Made by a program: the position numbers and the translations under genes. Of a DNA stretch of 38,477 nt, positions 36,101 to 38,477 are shown in pieces. Source of the stretch: Nemertoderma westbladi (taxonomy: Eukaryota; Animalia; Xenacoelomorpha); NCBI GenBank assembly GCA_032718475.1, contig JAUCBJ010003765.1:1-38477 (forward strand), read 5' to 3'. Each line of letters begins with the position of its first letter. Position 1 is the stretch's first letter. The notes under the pieces are model-generated. The model was not told where the DNA came from. It saw only the letters and a program-made list of their open reading frames with translations, and made no database searches.

Positions 36101-38462
36101 CATTGTTACTGGTTCCGGGAATGGGTGTAAAACGCGGATTCAGTGTTACTGGTTCTGGGAATGGGTGTAAAACGCGGATTCAGTGTTACTGGATCCGGGA
36201 AGGGGTGTAAAACGCGGATTCACATAATTGTTGAAGCCCGTGCTACTGCATCCGAGAATGATAGTAAATATTTCGCTTTGCAGTTTACCCGCGTGTGAAG
36301 AATACCAGGTTTTCACTAAAAACACAGGTTTCAGATGGGCTGAATCGAACCAAAACAATATTGACCAAACGTAATAAAACCTGGTATTCTTCAGGGATCG
36401 GGACGGCACACAGTTCAGGATCTAAAACAAATGCGCCAATCCTCGTTCTACACTCGTTGCGGATTCAGTAAATGTAGCAGCGCACGGATCCGCAGTTTAA
36501 ACCCTAAAATGTAAAATCACTCGACTTCCGTAGGGACAATGCACTCCGTAGGGGAAATTCGACGCAAATAGCAGATGATTACTCTCAAAAATAAAACTGT
36601 ACTGTAACCTGTTCTATCTATTGTTTTGCTTAAAATAACGTGCCACTGTAACCTGCTCCTTTCCCTAAATTGAGAATTTAACATTGATGCGGGATATTAA
36701 TTCGCCGAGATGGGATTTGCGACCAGCCCCCCCCCCCCCCCCCCCTCTGTCTCTCCCTCCATAACAGATATATATTATTACTAACTTTGAATGACAAGGC
36801 GGGAATAGATTGCAGTTTATTTCTCGACAGATCCAACACAGTAATGGAGGAATGTTCCCTACCGTCCTCGGCGTAGAAGAATTTATCCGGCAACTTAGTT
36901 AACTTATTCTTGGCGAGTTTCAGCGTGGAGAGGTTGATTAAATTACCGAAAGCGACTTCCGGTAGCCTATTTATGTCGTTGTTATTCAGAATACTGAAAA
37001 CGATAAAATAAGAAATATATATACTAAGTGTCTGAGTGTCTTGTATAGTGTTCAAATGAGATCCCGAGGAAATCAGCAACAATTTGTGCAATTTCAACAG
37101 TAAAGAAGAAAAATGAAGATTAGTGGCTCTCTGTCACTACTCACAACGGTTTTTTTTTAATGAAAGTTACTAACAAAATCCTCATTGATCCAAGACGGGC
37201 ATTAAATTAACTAGATTGCCGGTACCGACACAGCCGTTATTCTGGTATTATACAGTATGGGTGGGTACCGGACCGGTTAGGAAACTTTGGTGCCGGACCG
37301 GCACAACATTAATTAATTACAGTTTGTAAGGGATTTCCTTAATGAAAAATATATAGAAATGTATATAGTCTGTAGCGCAGTATGTCTAGTTGTGCAGCAC
37401 TACTACAGGGATACAGGTAAAGACCTCGTTTTTAGATAACATATCTTAGCATTTATAGGACAGTTAATAACTAATGTTTAATTAGTCTTTATTGGTATAT
37501 AATAGATATAGAGTTGTGTACCCGTTAAAACGGGAGTTGTGTGTTTTAAGGATGCTTTAAATGTTTGTAGAGTAGTGTGTTTTCCGTTTTAATTTAGGGT
37601 GGATGTTAGCCATCGCATTGCATAATAAATAAATATAATAAATACAATAAAATATAAAAATAATATTAGTTGGGTAAATCGATATGAATTTCATAATATT
37701 CCTACATATTACAATATTACATTGATCAGTTAAACATTCAGGAAGCCGATAAGGTGCATAATGTAACAAAATTAGGCAAACTATTGTGTCAGTTATTAAA
37801 TAAATGATAAACATATTGATTGTAGCAATTGGACTTACAGCGTTTCCAATAAAGTCGTTGTTGGGAAAGTTTCGTTATTTATTAAGGATATCATATTATC
37901 CTGGAGATTTAATAACTGTAGCCTTGGTAACTGTGTAAACAGCGATGAATTTAGTGTTTCAATAGCGTTGCCTTGCCTGTCAAAAGATAATAAATATAGG
38001 AAAACTATAATAATGTTATGTAACAAAAGTACATTAGAAGATACTTTATTACACTGAGATTTTCTTTTAGTATATAAGTGTGGTTAAATAGATAGATTTA
38101 TTTATACATTATGTAAAAACAATAACAAATACACCAAACAATGTACCGGTATAAAGGTATTGTCCAACATAACATATAGGATTACCCCTAAAGCTTTGCA
38201 GCTTATTTCCAAGGGGTCCTTTATGTTACTTGGTTACAAATACAATATTAAAGGATATCATAAAGAAGCCACTTACAATGTGAGATGAGTTATATTCAAT
38301 AAAGTTCCATTAAATGATGTATTAGTTTCAGTTAGGCCGCCTACATCATGGATGAAGGGTATCTGGTTGAATAGGTTTCTATCCAATCTGAGTTCGATTA
38401 GCTTTGGTAGACCCAGGAAGGGTGCAGTAGATAGAGTCTTTAGCTTATTGCGATTTAAATTT
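23657..38462 (-). CDS. LRIG: LRIG-family (leucine-rich repeats and Ig-like domains) type I membrane protein, 5'-partial; 10 exons join(38462-38277, 37976-37839, 36993-36786, 35335-35169, 34563-34336, 33817-33596, 27020-26711, 26594-26399, 25772-24717, 24195-23657), ~1082 aa in window
   Basis: All nine introns are GT-AG and the phases are consistent. The product has tandem LRRs, an LRRCT (LNTTSLVCDC...WL), three Ig domains, the LRIG-diagnostic WKKDGGANFPAAIERR and the TM segment GIIVIAVVCCIVGTSLVWVTIIFHT. The signal peptide and LRRNT lie beyond the window end. Confidence 0.92.
24391..24439. repeat. Perfect 23-bp inverted repeat with a 3-nt loop in the last LRIG intron
   Basis: aaaaattgtgaaaattgtgacta-ctt-tagtcacaattttcacaattttt. 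Confidence 0.95.
24717..25772 (-). CDS. LRIG: LRIG exon (Ig2, Ig3, TM, proximal cytoplasmic tail)
   Basis: 1056 nt, phase 1-1; DQGVYSCTATN and DTARYSCRLSN Ig F-strands, TM helix; donor CAG|GTAAAT. Confidence 0.9.
26056..26451. repeat. 64-bp tandem repeat (6 copies + 12 bp) comprising an LRIG exon 3' end and its splice donor
   Basis: Units start at 26056, 26120, 26184, 26248, 26312, 26376 and 26440 (partial). All are identical except one substitution at 26080. Confidence 0.97.
26399..26594 (-). CDS. LRIG: LRIG exon (second half of Ig1)
   Basis: ...FTTSLFINDVVKEDKGSYSCSIGNKYGTSYSLSATVAVH; CAG acceptor, G|GTGAGT donor, 196 nt, phase 0-1. Confidence 0.9.
26711..27020 (-). CDS. LRIG: LRIG exon (LRRCT + first half of Ig1)
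   Basis: VLNTTSLVCDCTLAYFADWL...LLLNCSARSS...WMKDKQ; TAG acceptor, CAG|GTAGGT donor, 310 nt, phase 2-0. Confidence 0.9.
27334..27669 (+). promoter_or_regulatory. Putative MRPL32 promoter region
   Basis: TAGGCCTA at 27334 and 27513, a 10-bp inverted repeat gttgaatcgg (27553) / ccgattcaac (27624), and TATAAAAG at 27662-27669, ~80 nt before the ATG. The region is CpG-rich. Confidence 0.4.
27744..28241 (+). CDS. MRPL32: Mitochondrial large-subunit ribosomal protein bL32m, intronless, nested antisense in an LRIG intron
   Basis: AVPKHRRSAVVNRTRRR, a zinc ribbon CPACG..KLRYHLCGFC and a C-terminal V.IRY...VVEMGKDKPQWWF match the metazoan bL32m pattern. The N-terminal extension is compatible with a presequence. 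Confidence 0.9.
   Translation: MIRGLFAMLRMISGVYETPAAAGTDWGLLDTATALGPGTATTLGPDTGILWVGAVPKHRRSAVVNRTRRRSEFKRFLPNDDIYACPACGSPKLRYHLCGFCLRAIREETVRIYQAKMAQVSGGFYREPQVRDVAIRYRDDATVSNGANKDVVEMGKDKPQWWFRK
28762..31593. repeat. Satellite C (left part): 33-bp monomer with 29-bp variants, ~86 copies
   Basis: Consensus gagacaccaatccatacacgctgtatcgcatac; a 66-bp dimer pattern at ~28920-29250; a 591-bp offset duplication (30130 vs 30721). Confidence 0.97.
31594..33207. mobile_element. Non-autonomous hAT-superfamily DNA transposon (1614 bp) inserted in satellite C
   Basis: Perfect 17-bp TIRs TAGGGATGTCCCGGAAT (31594-31610) / ATTCCGGGACATCCCTA (33191-33207) and a perfect 8-bp TSD CAAGATAC (31586-31593, 33208-33215). 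There are dense subterminal TTCCGG/CCGGAA motifs at both ends and no transposase ORF. Confidence 0.93.
31938..32010 (-). mobile_element. tRNA-derived SINE head or tRNA pseudogene (tRNA-Gly(TCC)-like) inside the hAT element
   Basis: Minus strand: A box TGGTGTAGTGG (32005-31995), an imperfect anticodon arm with loop TTTCCAA, and B box GGTTCGATCCC (31961-31951). The acceptor stem does not pair well. Confidence 0.6.
33208..33575. repeat. Satellite C (right part), ~11 more diverged copies
   Basis: The same monomer resumes in register after the TSD and ends ~20 nt from the LRIG donor at 33595. Confidence 0.95.
33596..33817 (-). CDS. LRIG: LRIG exon (LRR): EMSWNNLRSIENSPQPFIGL...LDLNGNQVTSIQEHAFGDLTSLQS
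   Basis: CAG acceptor, GTAAGT donor, 222 nt, phase 2-2. Confidence 0.9.
34185..34310 (-). mobile_element. Degenerate tRNA-derived SINE (head + conserved core; body probably extends to ~34000)
   Basis: Minus strand: A-box-like TAGTGTCCGAATGG, B box GGTTCAAAACC (34250-34240), then TTGTGTCCCTAAGCAAGACATT, which resembles the GTGTCCTTGGGCAAGACACTT core seen in many metazoan SINEs. Confidence 0.6.
34336..34563 (-). CDS. LRIG: LRIG exon (LRR): NLSYNRVEMP...LKHLDLSRNMITGIEAGAFKGMSELLK
   Basis: TAG acceptor, GTGAGT donor, 228 nt, phase 2-2. Confidence 0.88.
35169..35335 (-). CDS. LRIG: LRIG exon (LRR): DMARLKTLKLRRNNISDLMDGCFFNL...
   Basis: CAG acceptor, GTAAGT donor, 167 nt, phase 0-2. Confidence 0.9.
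35427..35544. repeat. 22-bp minisatellite, 5 copies + partial
   Basis: ctaattatgagacgaagtaaaa at 35427, 35449, 35471, 35493 and 35515. Confidence 0.95.
35741..35854. mobile_element. Small MITE-like fold-back element
   Basis: Left arm ttataattgataattagacgagtacgagatatt pairs with right arm aatatctcgactcgtctaatt(...)taattatcaattataa. The internal gatattaattcgccga recurs at ~36694. Confidence 0.6.
36053..36222. repeat. 40-bp minisatellite (core gtgtaaaacgcggattca x5)
   Basis: Core at 36059, 36085, 36125, 36165 and 36205. Confidence 0.93.
36727..36745. repeat. Poly-C run (G19 on the LRIG sense strand)
   Basis: 19 consecutive C, ~40 nt into the intron from the donor at 36785. Confidence 0.9.
36786..36993 (-). 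CDS. LRIG: LRIG exon (LRR): ILNNNDINRLPEVAFGNL...LDLSRNKLQSIPALSFK
   Basis: CAG acceptor, AAA|GTTAGT donor, 208 nt, phase 2-0. Confidence 0.87.
37839..37976 (-). CDS. LRIG: LRIG exon (LRR): QGNAIETLNSSLFTQLPRLQLLNLQDNMIS...
   Basis: CAG acceptor, GTAAGT donor, 138 nt, phase 2-2. Confidence 0.88.
38277..38462 (-). CDS. LRIG: LRIG exon (LRR): NLNRNKLKTLSTAPFLGLPKLIELRLDRNLFNQIP...
   Basis: Acceptor ttttttattcCAG, donor GTAAGT, 186 nt, phase 2-2. Not in the ORF track. Confidence 0.85.
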
Positions 38463-38477
38463 CTGGAATAAAAAATT

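Noticed and set aside
36027-36507. hAT-like element around the 40-bp minisatellite (CAGGGT...ACCCTA ends)
   Set aside because: Terminal similarity is only ~5 bp and the flanking 8-mers do not form a TSD.

Overview
This is eukaryotic (invertebrate-type metazoan) genomic DNA with AT-rich introns. (1) An intronless 1455-aa Bloom-syndrome-like RecQ helicase gene lies on + (364-4731) and carries an in-frame 30-bp minisatellite. (2) A ~17.5-kb block of two abutting satellites follows: a ~37-bp monomer at 5383-21300 and a 63-bp monomer at 21301-22833. (3) A convergent multi-exon LRIG-family gene (LRR + 3 Ig + TM) lies on -. Ten phase-consistent GT-AG exons can be traced from 38462 down to the stop at 23657, and its 5' end is outside the window. 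(4) One 6.6-kb LRIG intron holds an intronless antisense mitochondrial ribosomal protein bL32m (MRPL32) gene and a 33-bp satellite. The satellite is split by a non-autonomous hAT element (17-bp TIR, 8-bp TSD) that carries a tRNA-derived SINE head. The most unusual observations are an LRIG exon end plus splice donor tandemly copied six times, a palindromic TAGGCCTA motif found only upstream of the two intronless genes, evidence that the big satellite grew from one arm of a hairpin, CTCF-like motifs at the satellite/gene border, and a perfect 23-bp intronic hairpin. Nearly all ORFs in the satellites are artefacts of stop-free monomers. No prokaryotic-type system (CRISPR etc.) is supported.
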